From contig JBGQHJ010000013.1 of NCBI GenBank assembly GCA_041497895.1, positions 1 through 55,996 of the forward strand: 55,996 bases of DNA. The letters are read 5' to 3'. Position numbers and translations under genes: made by a program. Below are positions 9,526 to 19,577 of this stretch, one piece after another; position 1 is the first letter of the stretch; the number at the start of each line of letters is the position of its first letter. The notes below the pieces were generated by a model. It worked only from the letters and a program-made list of their open reading frames with translations, had not been told where the DNA came from and searched no databases. The stretch is from Candidatus Methylomirabilia bacterium. Lineage in GTDB: Bacteria; Methylomirabilota; Methylomirabilia; Rokubacteriales; CSP1-6.

Positions 9526-10849
9526 GTGGGCCGTCGTCCCCGCGCTGCTGCTCGCGCTGTTCGGCGCGACCGTCGCGGAGGCGGCGTCCAAGCCGCGCAA
9601 CGTCCTGATCCTGCCGTTCGCCACCGTGGATCTCGCCCGCGACGAGCAGTGGATCGGCGAGGGCGTCGCCCAGTCGCTGATGCTCTCGCTGGTGCACGTG
9701 CCCGGGCTCGTCCAGATCGAGCGCGAGCGGATCCGCGCGCTCCCGCAGCCCGAGGCCTGGGACGAGGCGGCGGCCACGAGCGCGGCCAAGCGGCTCGGTG
9801 CCGATCTCGCACTGTTCGGGGAGGTGAAGCGGACCGGGACCGACCTCATCGTCCAGCCGCGCTTCCTCGAGCTGCACGGGGACAAGGTCGACCGGGGCGC
9901 CCTCGACACCTTCGCGGTGGCGGACGGCCAGCTTCTCGACCGGCTGCGTCCGCTGCCCGCGGCCTATCTGAAGGCGGTGAAGGCACCCGCCAGCGACGTG
10001 GAGCTGGCGCGGGCCCAGAAGTGGGCCGCGCCGACCACCCTCGTTCGCGCGTTCGAGCTCTACGTGCGCGGGCGCCAGGCCAGCTACCGCGGGACCCAGG
10101 ACGCGAGCGAAGCGGCCGTCGAGTTCCTCAGCCGGGCGATCGAGGCCGATCCCCAGTTCGTCGCGGCCCAGTACGCCCTGGGCGTGGTGCACCAGAATCT
10201 CGGCAATCGCTGGAAGGCGGCGGCCCAGTTCCGCGCCTCGGCCCAGCTCGATCCGACCTACGCCGAGCCCTACAAGGCGCTCGGGGACCTGTACCTGACC
10301 GCCCCCCGCCGGCTCTTCGAGGAGGCGATCAAGGCGTACGGCAAGGCCATCGAGCTCCGGCCGTTCTACGCGGAGGCCCACGTCGGCCTGGGCGACGCCC
10401 TCGCCGCCAAGGGCGAGGTGGATCCGGCGGTGGCCGCGTACCAGAAGGGCCTCGATTACAACCCGATGAACGCGAAGGTCCACGTGAGCCTGGGCAAGAT
10501 CTACTACTCGGAGAAGGGCCTGTACTACGAGTCGGTGACCGCCTACAAGAAGGCGATCGATCTCGATCCGGGCTACCTCGACGCGCGCATGGGCCTGGCC
10601 GAGGTGTACGAGGACAAGGGCCTCTACAAGGAAGCGATCGACGAGTACGGCAAGGTGGTGGACGCCGACCCCAAAAACAGCGGCGCGCTCTACAACCTGG
10701 CCCTGGTGTACGAGAAGGTCGACCCGAAGGAGGCCATGAGCCTGTGGGAGCGCTACATCGGTCTGGCCGGCAGCCAGCCCTCGGAGAAGGACTGGGTCGA
10801 CGTCGCGCGGCTGCACTTGAAGAAGCTCAAGCAGCAGCAGGGCAACTAG
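9503..10849 (+). CDS. Secreted tetratricopeptide repeat protein with TolB-N/CsgG-like N-terminal domain
   Basis: Signal peptide ending AEA; VLILPF...WIGEGVA; repeated A...LG..Y...A...Y.KA.ELDP TPR units. Confidence 0.85.
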   Translation: MRALTLARWAVVPALLLALFGATVAEAASKPRNVLILPFATVDLARDEQWIGEGVAQSLMLSLVHVPGLVQIERERIRALPQPEAWDEAAATSAAKRLGADLALFGEVKRTGTDLIVQPRFLELHGDKVDRGALDTFAVADGQLLDRLRPLPAAYLKAVKAPASDVELARAQKWAAPTTLVRAFELYVRGRQASYRGTQDASEAAVEFLSRAIEADPQFVAAQYALGVVHQNLGNRWKAAAQFRASAQLDPTYAEPYKALGDLYLTAPRRLFEEAIKAYGKAIELRPFYAEAHVGLGDALAAKGEVDPAVAAYQKGLDYNPMNAKVHVSLGKIYYSEKGLYYESVTAYKKAIDLDPGYLDARMGLAEVYEDKGLYKEAIDEYGKVVDADPKNSGALYNLALVYEKVDPKEAMSLWERYIGLAGSQPSEKDWVDVARLHLKKLKQQQGN

Positions 10850-11091
10850 AGGCCGAGCAGGCCTTTCAGCGCGGCCTTGTTGAAGCCACGCACCACCTGA
10901 TCGCCCACGAGGATCACCGGAATGGACATCTGCCCCGTGAGCTTCACGAGCTCGTCGCGCGCGTCGGCGTCGGCCAGCACGTTGACGTCCTCGAACGCCA
11001 CCCCCTGAGACGAAAGAAACTCTTTCGCCGCCTTGCAGGGCCCTCAGGTGGGACTGCTGAAGACACGGACCCGCGGACGCTCATCGGCCAC
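10846..11091 (-). CDS. Glutaredoxin/NrdH-like selenoprotein (UGPC active site; in-frame TGA at 11044-11046 read as Sec16)
   Basis: Manual translation MADERPRVRVFSSPT-U-GPCKAAKEFLSSQGVAFEDVNVLADADARDELVKLTGQMSIPVILVGDQVVRGFNKAALKGLLGL; GAGGAGG RBS before GTG; hairpin directly 3' of the TGA; absent from the ORF track. Confidence 0.85.
11003..11046 (-). promoter_or_regulatory. Bacterial SECIS-like stem-loop
   Basis: UGA-GGG-CCCUG..GCGAAAGA-GUU-UCUUUCGU..CAGGG; apical loop G 24 nt after UGA; local A/T-ending codons (AAA, TTT, CTT, TCT) unusual for this genome. Confidence 0.75.
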
Positions 11092-11448
11092 GATCGGCTC
11101 CTCCTCTTTCTCGAATGAGATGCGCGCGGCTATCTTCGCTCATTTTGACGCTCCGCGCTCCGGATACGATTCGAGCGGGTCGGACGCGTGTTGCTACCAC
11201 GGCGCGGAAATTCTCGCCATGCGACGCTAGGGATATGCGCAAGCCCAGGTGGATGGACGCCGGCGACGCGGTGGTGCGCCTCGCCTGGAAGCTCTTCTGG
11301 AGCTGGAGGCGGTAGAGAGCTCGCTCCCGAGCGGCTCCCGCTTTCGCTCACCGCACCGCCGGTTTCAGTCACTTCGGCGGCTTGCTCTTCGTCAGCTTCG
11401 GACCTTCGAACCCCACGAAATCAATAAGATAGACCCCTCTCCATCCAC

Positions 11449-11464
11449 TGGCCCCTGTCTTGCT
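11449..11464 (+). promoter_or_regulatory. sigma54 (-24/-12) promoter upstream of pilin
   Basis: TGGC-CCCTGTC-TTGCT matches TGGC-N7-TTGCW spacing, 40 nt before the pilin ATG. Confidence 0.6.
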
Positions 11465-11503
11465 CCATCTAGCGGCATGCGTCGCTGCATGAGAGGGACG
11501 GTC

Positions 11504-11896
11504 ATGACCCGCTGGGGGCGGAGGAGTGGCGAGCGAGGCTTCACGCTCGTCGAGCTGATGGTGGTGGTCGCGGTGATCGGCGTGCTCGCCACGATCGCGA
11601 TTCCGCTCTACGCGAACGTGCAGGCTCGCGGCCGGCTCGCGAAGGCGCAGGCCGACGCGCGCACGCTCGCCTCCGCGATCAGCGTCTACGGCGCTCACAT
11701 GGGGCGCATCCCCGCCACGCTGACCCAGCTGACCACGGTGGCGACCAACTCGCTCGGCCAGCCGGGTGGTCCCTTCATGGGCGCGGTCCCGAGCGCTCCA
11801 GGCGGCTGGTCGACCTACGCCTACACGCCCAACGTCACCGCCGGCACGTTCACCATCAGCACGACCGGCGACGGCACCAGCGTCTCGCTCCCGTAA
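11504..11896 (+). CDS. Type IV pilin / prepilin N-terminal cleavage-methylation protein
   Basis: G|FTLVELMVVVAVIGVLATIAIP class III signal with E5; GAGAGGGA RBS. Confidence 0.9.
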   Translation: MTRWGRRSGERGFTLVELMVVVAVIGVLATIAIPLYANVQARGRLAKAQADARTLASAISVYGAHMGRIPATLTQLTTVATNSLGQPGGPFMGAVPSAPGGWSTYAYTPNVTAGTFTISTTGDGTSVSLP

Positions 11897-11917
11897 GCCC
11901 GCGGGCCGCCGCCCGGC

Positions 11918-12040
11918 TCACGGCTCGCCCGGGCCGATGAGCGAGTGGATCTCCAGCACCGAGTCCAGGTAACCGAAGTCGACCGGCTTCGGGATGTAGT
12001 CCGCCGCCCCGATGGCCAGCGTCTGCTGGGCCACGTCCCG
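11918..12040 (-). pseudogene. C-terminal remnant of a response-regulator receiver domain
   Basis: Frame reads RDVAQQTLAIGAADYIPKPVDFGYLDSVLEIHSLIGPGEP* (GA.DY..KP REC motif); in-frame stop shortly upstream and no N-terminal acidic pocket. Confidence 0.6.
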
Positions 12041-12204
12041 GCCACTTCCGGATCGTGCAGTCGCTCACGCCGACCGTTGAGCGATGGCGGCGGTGACGCC
12101 GTGCGGGCCTTCTGGGCCACAATGAGAGGCCGATCGCGGCAATGGGAGACGGATCCGGCATCCGTCGTGGCACTGGCGGATCCCTCGGCTTGGAGCGTTT
12201 GCTC

Positions 12205-12495
12205 CTAGCCGATACGACGTGCTCGGGTGACGTCGAGAGGGTGGTCGATCAGCAGCTCCACGCGCTCCACGAACCGCAGCGTATGCGGCAAGCCGGCGTG
12301 ACGCTCGAACGCCGCTGCATCCTTCCATCGCGAATGTATGTAGAAGAGCCGGGGATCGCGGGTCGACTGAAACGCGTGAATGCTCAGGCAGCCCGGTTCC
12401 TCACGCGACGGAGCGAGGACGGCGAGCAACGTCTCGACCATCGCGCCCTCATTGCCAGGACGCGCGTGGAATCGCGCGAAGATGAACAGTTCCAT
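12205..12495 (-). CDS. Antibiotic biosynthesis monooxygenase (putative quinol monooxygenase) family protein
   Basis: SREEPGCLS, F.IHSRW.D..AFERH..LPHT pattern; GGGAGA RBS. Confidence 0.85.
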   Translation of the reverse strand: MELFIFARFHARPGNEGAMVETLLAVLAPSREEPGCLSIHAFQSTRDPRLFYIHSRWKDAAAFERHAGLPHTLRFVERVELLIDHPLDVTRARRIG

Positions 12496-12638
12496 GTCAT
12501 TTCTCCCGTGGTCGTGCCATCGGGAAATCTAACAGACCGCGCCGCTGGTTGTGAATTGCCGCGGCTCGGCTGTGAGCGGGGAGCCCCGCTCTTCCCACGC
12601 GGGCAGTCTAGCCGGCTGGAAGCCTAGCGCGCCTCTCC

Positions 12639-12667
12639 TTGACTTAGCGGGGGGCATTTCCTATGGT
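12639..12667 (+). promoter_or_regulatory. sigma70-type promoter, near-leaderless, for the galT-like gene
   Basis: TTGACT-17nt-TATGGT, 9 nt before ATG 12677; no SD sequence. Confidence 0.6.
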
Positions 12668-12676
12668 GGCCGGGTC

Positions 12677-13660
12677 ATGAGCGATCTGCGCAAGGACCCG
12701 ACTCGAGGCCGCTGGGTTCTCGTCCGCCCCGGTGGCAAGCCGCCCGCGTCGTCGGCGTGTCCGTTCTGTCCGGGCAACGAATCGCTCACGCCCCACGAGA
12801 TCTTCGCCTATCGCAAGGAAGGCTCGCGGCCCGACGGGCCCGGCTGGTCGGTGCGGGTGATTCCCGAGGCCGACCCGTACTTCCGCATCGAGCGCGAGCT
12901 GGTGCGCGAGGGCGTGGGCCTCTACGATCGCATCTCGCCGCGTGGCGCCACCGAGCTGATCGTCGAGAGCCCCAACCACGACGACACCGCCGCGACGCTC
13001 GGCGAGGGACAGTGGGAGCAGGTGCTGTGGATGTACGGCGAGCGGATCCGCGACCTCAAGCGCGACCAGAATATCCGGGACATCCTGGTCACGCGGCGTC
13101 ACCGCGCTCCCGGCTCGCGCATCACGCACCCGTACTCGCGGCTCACCGCGATCCCGATCATCTTCGACGAGGTCCGGCGCAAGCTCCGCGAATGCCGCGA
13201 GCACTACGAGTACAAGCGGCGCTGCGTGTACTGCGACATGATCCGGCAGGAGATCGCGGGCGGGGACCGGGTGGTGCGCCTGACCGATCACTTCCTGGCG
13301 CTGTCGCCGTACGCGGCCCGCTCCCCGTTCGAGACGTGGATCCTGCCCCGCCAGCACAGCTGCCTCTACGAGGGCTCGCTGTCCGGGGAAGTGGTGGCGG
13401 ACCTGGCCGGGATCCTGGGAGGCCTCTTCCGCACCATGGCCGCCAAGGTGGGCGACCCGGCGTTCGAGATGACGCTGTACACCGCGCCCAACCTGAGCGC
13501 AAAGATCCTGCCCGGGGAATGGGCCACCATCGCCGACGACTACCACTGGCATATAGAGGTCTGCACCACGCCCGACCGGGTCAACGGGGTCGGAGGTATC
13601 CATGTGAACGAGACCCCGCCGGAGGAGGCCAGCAAGCTGCTCCGGGACGCCTGGCTCTGA
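12677..13660 (+). CDS. Galactose-1-phosphate uridylyltransferase (GalT)-like protein with HPH changed to HPY
   Basis: MSDLRKDP..GRWV, CPFCPGNE, ELIVESPNHD, CVYCD, PFETWILP, YHWHIE; catalytic motif reads THPYSR. Confidence 0.8.
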   Translation: MSDLRKDPTRGRWVLVRPGGKPPASSACPFCPGNESLTPHEIFAYRKEGSRPDGPGWSVRVIPEADPYFRIERELVREGVGLYDRISPRGATELIVESPNHDDTAATLGEGQWEQVLWMYGERIRDLKRDQNIRDILVTRRHRAPGSRITHPYSRLTAIPIIFDEVRRKLRECREHYEYKRRCVYCDMIRQEIAGGDRVVRLTDHFLALSPYAARSPFETWILPRQHSCLYEGSLSGEVVADLAGILGGLFRTMAAKVGDPAFEMTLYTAPNLSAKILPGEWATIADDYHWHIEVCTTPDRVNGVGGIHVNETPPEEASKLLRDAWL

Positions 13661-13699
13661 GCTAAGGCCACGCCCCCGCAGCCGAAAGCCAGGCCCGAC

Positions 13700-13747
13700 T
13701 TGACAAGACCCCCCTGGAGTGGGAGACTCCGACCGTACGAGTCGGAG
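13700..13747 (+). promoter_or_regulatory. isc promoter and IscR-type operator
   Basis: TTGACA-17nt-GAGACT; palindrome CTCCGAC-N7-GTCGGAG with the GAC-N7-GTC spacing of IscR type 1 sites. Confidence 0.6.
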
Positions 13748-13776
13748 ATCCTGTGGGTCGGATATAGGGGACTGAC

Positions 13777-14217
13777 GTGCTGAGATTCACCAAGCGGGCG
13801 GATTACGGGCTGATGGCGATCCACTTCATCGCCTCCCACGGCGACGATGGGGCGGTGAGCGCCAAGCGGATCGCCGAGGAGTTCCGTATCCCCCCGGAGC
13901 GGCTCGCCAAGATCCTCCAGCGGCTGGCGAAGAAGAAGCTGATCACGAGCCACAACGGGCCCAAGGGCGGCTACGTGCTGACGCGGCTGCCGTCCGAGAT
14001 CACGGTCGGCCAGGTCGTACGGGTCCTCGAGGGGCCGCTGAGCGTGGTGAGCTGCATGGCAGAGCACGACGATTGTCCGCAGTTCGCGCGCTGCAACCTG
14101 CGGGGCCCGGTGCAGAAGATCCAGGCCAGCATCACCCACGTACTCGATAGCATGACGCTCGCGGAGCTGGCGGCGGAGCCTACCATCACGGTGATGCCGC
14201 TCGCGGGCATTCACTAG
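13777..14217 (+). CDS. iscR: Rrf2 family Fe-S cluster regulator IscR
   Basis: TKRADYGL, GPKGGY wing, three Cys (SC..DC...RC); first gene of the isc operon. Confidence 0.85.
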   Translation: MLRFTKRADYGLMAIHFIASHGDDGAVSAKRIAEEFRIPPERLAKILQRLAKKKLITSHNGPKGGYVLTRLPSEITVGQVVRVLEGPLSVVSCMAEHDDCPQFARCNLRGPVQKIQASITHVLDSMTLAELAAEPTITVMPLAGIH

Positions 14218-14230
14218 GAGAGAGACGGCA

Positions 14231-15457
14231 ATGGCGTTGAAGCTTCCGATCTTCATGGACAGCCAGTCCACGACCCCGGTCGATCCCCGGGTGCTCGAGG
14301 AGATGATCCCGTACTTCACCGAGAAGTTCGGGCATCCCGCGAGCCGCAACCATCCCTTCGGCTGGGAGGCGGAAGGCGGCGTGGACAAGGCGCGCGAGCA
14401 GATCGCCAAGCTGATCGGCGCGCGGGACCCCAAGGAAGTGATCTTCACCTCCGGGGGCACCGAGGCCATCAACCTCGCGCTGAAGGGCGTGGCCGAGATG
14501 TACCGGGAGAAGGGCAACCACATCGTCACCACCACCATCGAGCAGCGGGCGACGCTCGACGTCTGCAAGCGACTCGAGCGGCAGGGCTTCGAGGTGACGT
14601 ATCTGCCGGTCGGCCGCGAGGGCCTGGTGGACGTGGAGGCGGTCCGGGCCGCGCTGACCGACAAGACCATCCTGATCTCGATCATGTTCGCCAACAACGA
14701 GATCGGGACGATCCAGCCGGTGGCGGAGCTGGGCAAGCTGGCCAAGGAGAAGGGGATCATCTTCCACACCGACGCCACCCAGGCGGTGGGCAAGATCCCG
14801 GTGGACGTCGAGGCGATGGGCATCGACCTCCTCTCCGCGACCGCCCATATGCTCTACGGCCCGAAGGGAGTCGGCGCCCTCTACGTGCGGCGCAAGAACC
14901 CGCGGGTGCGGCTGGCCCCCATGGTGGACGGCGGCGGCCACGAGCGGGGCATGCGCTCGGGCACGGTGCCGGTGCCGCTGGTGGTCGGCTTCGGGAAAGC
15001 CGCGGAGATCTGCCGAGAAGTCATGGGCGAGGAGTCCAAGCGGCTCGCCGCGCTGCGGGATCGGCTGCAGGAGCAGATCGTCTCGAAGGTGGACGAGGCC
15101 TACGTCAACGGCCATCCCACCCTGCGGCTGCCCCACAACCTCAACATCTCCTTCGCCTACGTCGAGGGGGAGTCGGTGCTGATGGGGCTCAACCGGGAGG
15201 CGGCGCTCGCCTCGGGCTCGGCCTGCACCTCGGCGACGCTCGAGCCGTCGTACGTGATCTCGGCGCTGGGGGTGGACTCGGAGCTGGCCCACTCCTCGAT
15301 CCGGTTCGGGCTGCATCGGTTCTCCACCGAGGAAGAGGTGGACTTCGTCGCCCAGAAGACGGTCGAGGTCATCCATCGGCTGCGCGAGATGTCGCCGCTC
15401 TACGAGCTGGCCAAGGAAGGCGTGGACTTGAAGTCGATTCACTGGAAGGCGGAGTAA
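14231..15457 (+). CDS. iscS: IscS-family protein lacking the PLP-binding Lys (probable pseudo-desulfurase)
   Basis: IscS motifs FTSGGTE, NNEIG, DATQAVGK, RSGT, SGSACTS and LREMSPLY are present, but AHMLYGPKG replaces AHK..GPKG and IEQRA replaces EHKA. Confidence 0.9.
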   Translation: MALKLPIFMDSQSTTPVDPRVLEEMIPYFTEKFGHPASRNHPFGWEAEGGVDKAREQIAKLIGARDPKEVIFTSGGTEAINLALKGVAEMYREKGNHIVTTTIEQRATLDVCKRLERQGFEVTYLPVGREGLVDVEAVRAALTDKTILISIMFANNEIGTIQPVAELGKLAKEKGIIFHTDATQAVGKIPVDVEAMGIDLLSATAHMLYGPKGVGALYVRRKNPRVRLAPMVDGGGHERGMRSGTVPVPLVVGFGKAAEICREVMGEESKRLAALRDRLQEQIVSKVDEAYVNGHPTLRLPHNLNISFAYVEGESVLMGLNREAALASGSACTSATLEPSYVISALGVDSELAHSSIRFGLHRFSTEEEVDFVAQKTVEVIHRLREMSPLYELAKEGVDLKSIHWKAE

Positions 15458-15504
15458 CGGCGCCCCCAAGGCGTTCATCATCGGATCAGGGAGGCTCTAC
15501 CGAC

Positions 15505-15921
15505 ATGGCCTACAGCGATAAGGTGGTCGACCACTACAACAACCCGCGCAACGTGGGGTCCTTCACCAAGGACACCCCGGGGGTGGGGACGGGCCTGGTG
15601 GGCGCGCCGGAGTGCGGCGACGTCATGAAGCTGCAGATCAAGGTGAACGTCGAGACCGGCGTGATCGAGGATGCCAGGTTCAAGACGTTCGGCTGCGGCA
15701 GCGCCATCGCCTCGTCGAGCCTGGCCACCGAGTGGCTCAAGGGCCGCACCGTGGACGAGGCGGCCAAGATCAAGAACACCGACATCGTGACCGAGCTCAA
15801 GCTCCCGCCCGTGAAGATCCACTGCTCGGTGCTGGCCGAGGACGCGATCAAGGCCGCGCTGCAGGACTACAAGGAGAAGTGGACCAAGAGCGAAGCCCCG
15901 GCGGGCCGGGACGCGTCGTAA
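15505..15921 (+). CDS. iscU: Fe-S cluster scaffold IscU
   Basis: MAYSDKVVDHY.NPRNVG, APECGD, FGCGSAIASSS, LPPVKIHC. Confidence 0.97.
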   Translation: MAYSDKVVDHYNNPRNVGSFTKDTPGVGTGLVGAPECGDVMKLQIKVNVETGVIEDARFKTFGCGSAIASSSLATEWLKGRTVDEAAKIKNTDIVTELKLPPVKIHCSVLAEDAIKAALQDYKEKWTKSEAPAGRDAS

Positions 15922-15946
15922 GGGGTGTAAAGGAGACCTACGCTCA

Positions 15947-16273
15947 ATGGCACTGGCGCTGACCGAGACGGCGGTGAAGCAGGTGAAGGAGCTGATGAAG
16001 ACCCAGAATCTGGAGAACGTGTACCTCCGGGTGGGGGTCAAGGGAGGCGGCTGCTCCGGCCTCTCGTACTCGCTGGAGTTCGACAACGAGACGGGCCCCC
16101 GCGACAAGAGGTTCGACATCGAAGGGGTGCAGGTGGTGTGCGACGCCAAGAGCTACCTCTACCTCAACGGCACCACCCTCGACTACGTCACCCAGGGACT
16201 GACGGGCGGCTTCACCTTCGTCAATCCCCAGGCGAAATCGAGCTGTGGCTGCGGCACATCGTTCTCGGCCTAG
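15947..16273 (+). CDS. iscA: A-type Fe-S carrier IscA
   Basis: GGGCSGLSY, NPQAKSSCGCGTSF. Confidence 0.95.
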   Translation: MALALTETAVKQVKELMKTQNLENVYLRVGVKGGGCSGLSYSLEFDNETGPRDKRFDIEGVQVVCDAKSYLYLNGTTLDYVTQGLTGGFTFVNPQAKSSCGCGTSFSA

Positions 16274-16276
16274 GGC

Positions 16277-16326
16277 CCGTCTCGCGAGACGGAGACAACG
16301 GGCCCCGGCGGGCCCGTTCTTCTTTT
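16277..16326 (+). terminator. Intrinsic terminator after iscA, preceded by a perfect 16-bp palindrome
   Basis: CCGTCTCGCGAGACGG, then AACGGGCCC-CGGC-GGGCCCGTT followed by CTTCTTTT. Confidence 0.6.
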
Positions 16327-16343
16327 AGAGCCTCGATCAAGGG

Positions 16344-16923
16344 ATGACGGTGACGGACTACTTCACGGTGTTCGGGCTGCCCCGGAAGCTGGTGGTGGAC
16401 GCCTCCGCGCTGCAGCGGCGCTTCTACGAGCTGTCGCGGGAGCATCACCCCGACTTCCACCAGGGAGCGGCCGCGGAGCGCCAGGCGGAGGCGCTGGCCC
16501 AGTCCGCCGTCATCAACCGCGCGTACCGGGCGCTGCGCGATCCGCTGTCGCGGGTGGAGTACCTGATCGCGCTGGAGGAGGGCCGCGAGGTCCGCGAGGG
16601 CGCGACCGAAAAGCCCAAGGCCCCGCGCGAGCTGCTGCTGGAGATGCTGGAGGTGCAGGAGGCGCTCGAGGCGGCCAAGGCGGAAGGCATGGGCGGCGAG
16701 GCTACCGGGCGGCTCCGCGAGGAGCGGGCGCGGCTCGAGGCGCGCTACGCGGCCGAGGCGGAGGCCATCGTGGGCCGGGGCGCGGAGTGGGACCGCCTGG
16801 TGGAGGAGGGCGGCGACCGCAAGGCGCTGCTCGAGTGGTTCAAGCAGCGGCTCGCCACCCGGGCCTACCTGCGTACCGTGATCGACGACCTGAGTGACGC
16901 GCTGGGAGAGCGTGAAGAGAGCC

Positions 16924-16946
<23 letters not shown>
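16344..16946 (+). CDS. hscB: Fe-S co-chaperone HscB
   Basis: DYF.VFGLP, HPD J-domain, INRAYRALRDPLSR.EY. Confidence 0.93.
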
Positions 16947-18750
<1,804 letters not shown>

Positions 18751-19074
18751 ATGGCGGTGCACAAGGTGACGTTCCTGCCGCTCAACCGGACCGTCGAGGT
18801 CGACGACGCCAAGTACCCGCTGGCCGACCACGGCCGGCCGGGCTCGGTGCTGGACATCGCGCTGGCCAACAACATCCACCTCGAGCACAACTGCGGCGGT
18901 AGCTGCGCCTGCACGACCTGTCACGTGGTCGTCCGCGAGGGCGAGGACAACCTGTCGCCGATGGAGCAGGACGAGGAGGACCGCCTCGACACCGCGGAGG
19001 GCCTCACCCTGCACTCGCGGCTCGGCTGCCAGGCGGTGGTCCGGGGCGACGTGGTGGTGGAGATCCCCAAGTGA
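18751..19074 (+). CDS. fdx: ISC 2Fe-2S ferredoxin
   Basis: EHNCGGSCACTTCH and SRLGCQ. Confidence 0.95.
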   Translation: MAVHKVTFLPLNRTVEVDDAKYPLADHGRPGSVLDIALANNIHLEHNCGGSCACTTCHVVVREGEDNLSPMEQDEEDRLDTAEGLTLHSRLGCQAVVRGDVVVEIPK

Positions 19075-19084
19075 CCGGGCCCAC

Positions 19085-19285
19085 ATGATCTGGACAGACG
19101 CGGAAGACATCGCGCTGGCCCTGATGGACGCGCACCCGGACGTGGACCCGCTCACGGTGCGGTTCACCGACCTGCACAAGTGGGTGGTGGCGCTGCCCGG
19201 GTTCCGCGGCGACGCCAAGAACTCCAACGAGGGGATCCTCGAGGCCATTCAGATGAAGTGGCTCGAGGAGTACCGGGACCGCTAA
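19085..19285 (+). CDS. iscX: Fe-S assembly protein IscX
   Basis: W.D..DIA.AL...HPDVDP.TVRFTDL..WV..L..F...SNE.ILEAIQ..W.EE. Confidence 0.93.
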   Translation: MIWTDAEDIALALMDAHPDVDPLTVRFTDLHKWVVALPGFRGDAKNSNEGILEAIQMKWLEEYRDR

Positions 19286-19289
19286 TTTC

Positions 19290-19340
19290 GCCCTCTCCCC
19301 TCGGGGGAGAGGGCAGGGTGAGGGGCTACGAGGGTGAGGG
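19290..19340. repeat. REP-like CCCTCTCCC/GGGAGAGGG palindrome between convergent genes
   Basis: GCCCTCTCCCC-TCG-GGGGAGAGGGC followed by two AGGGTGAGGG units. Confidence 0.7.
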
Positions 19341-19343
19341 GAT

Positions 19344-19577
19344 CTACCAGGTGACGACGTGGTCGTGAGCGAAGATCAGATCGAGCAGGCCGGGGTAGTC
19401 GAGCTCGCCGTCGGCGAGACGGCGCACGGTCGCGCCCGCGGGCAGGGGCGGGGCGGACGCGCCGTCGAGCAGCACCACCGTCACGCGGGCGTCCGGCTCG
19501 GCCAGGTTGGACTCGATGACGGAGGCGGCGAGCGGCGCGGCCGAGTCCGCCTTGAGGATGTGGAGGAACGCGGCCAT
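19344..19577 (-). CDS. Small DsrH/TusB-like protein
   Basis: LHIL N-terminal strand and LDY..LLDLIF.HD.V.TW C-terminus; TGATG coupling to the upstream gene. Confidence 0.6.
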   Translation of the reverse strand: MAAFLHILKADSAAPLAASVIESNLAEPDARVTVVLLDGASAPPLPAGATVRRLADGELDYPGLLDLIFAHDHVVTW

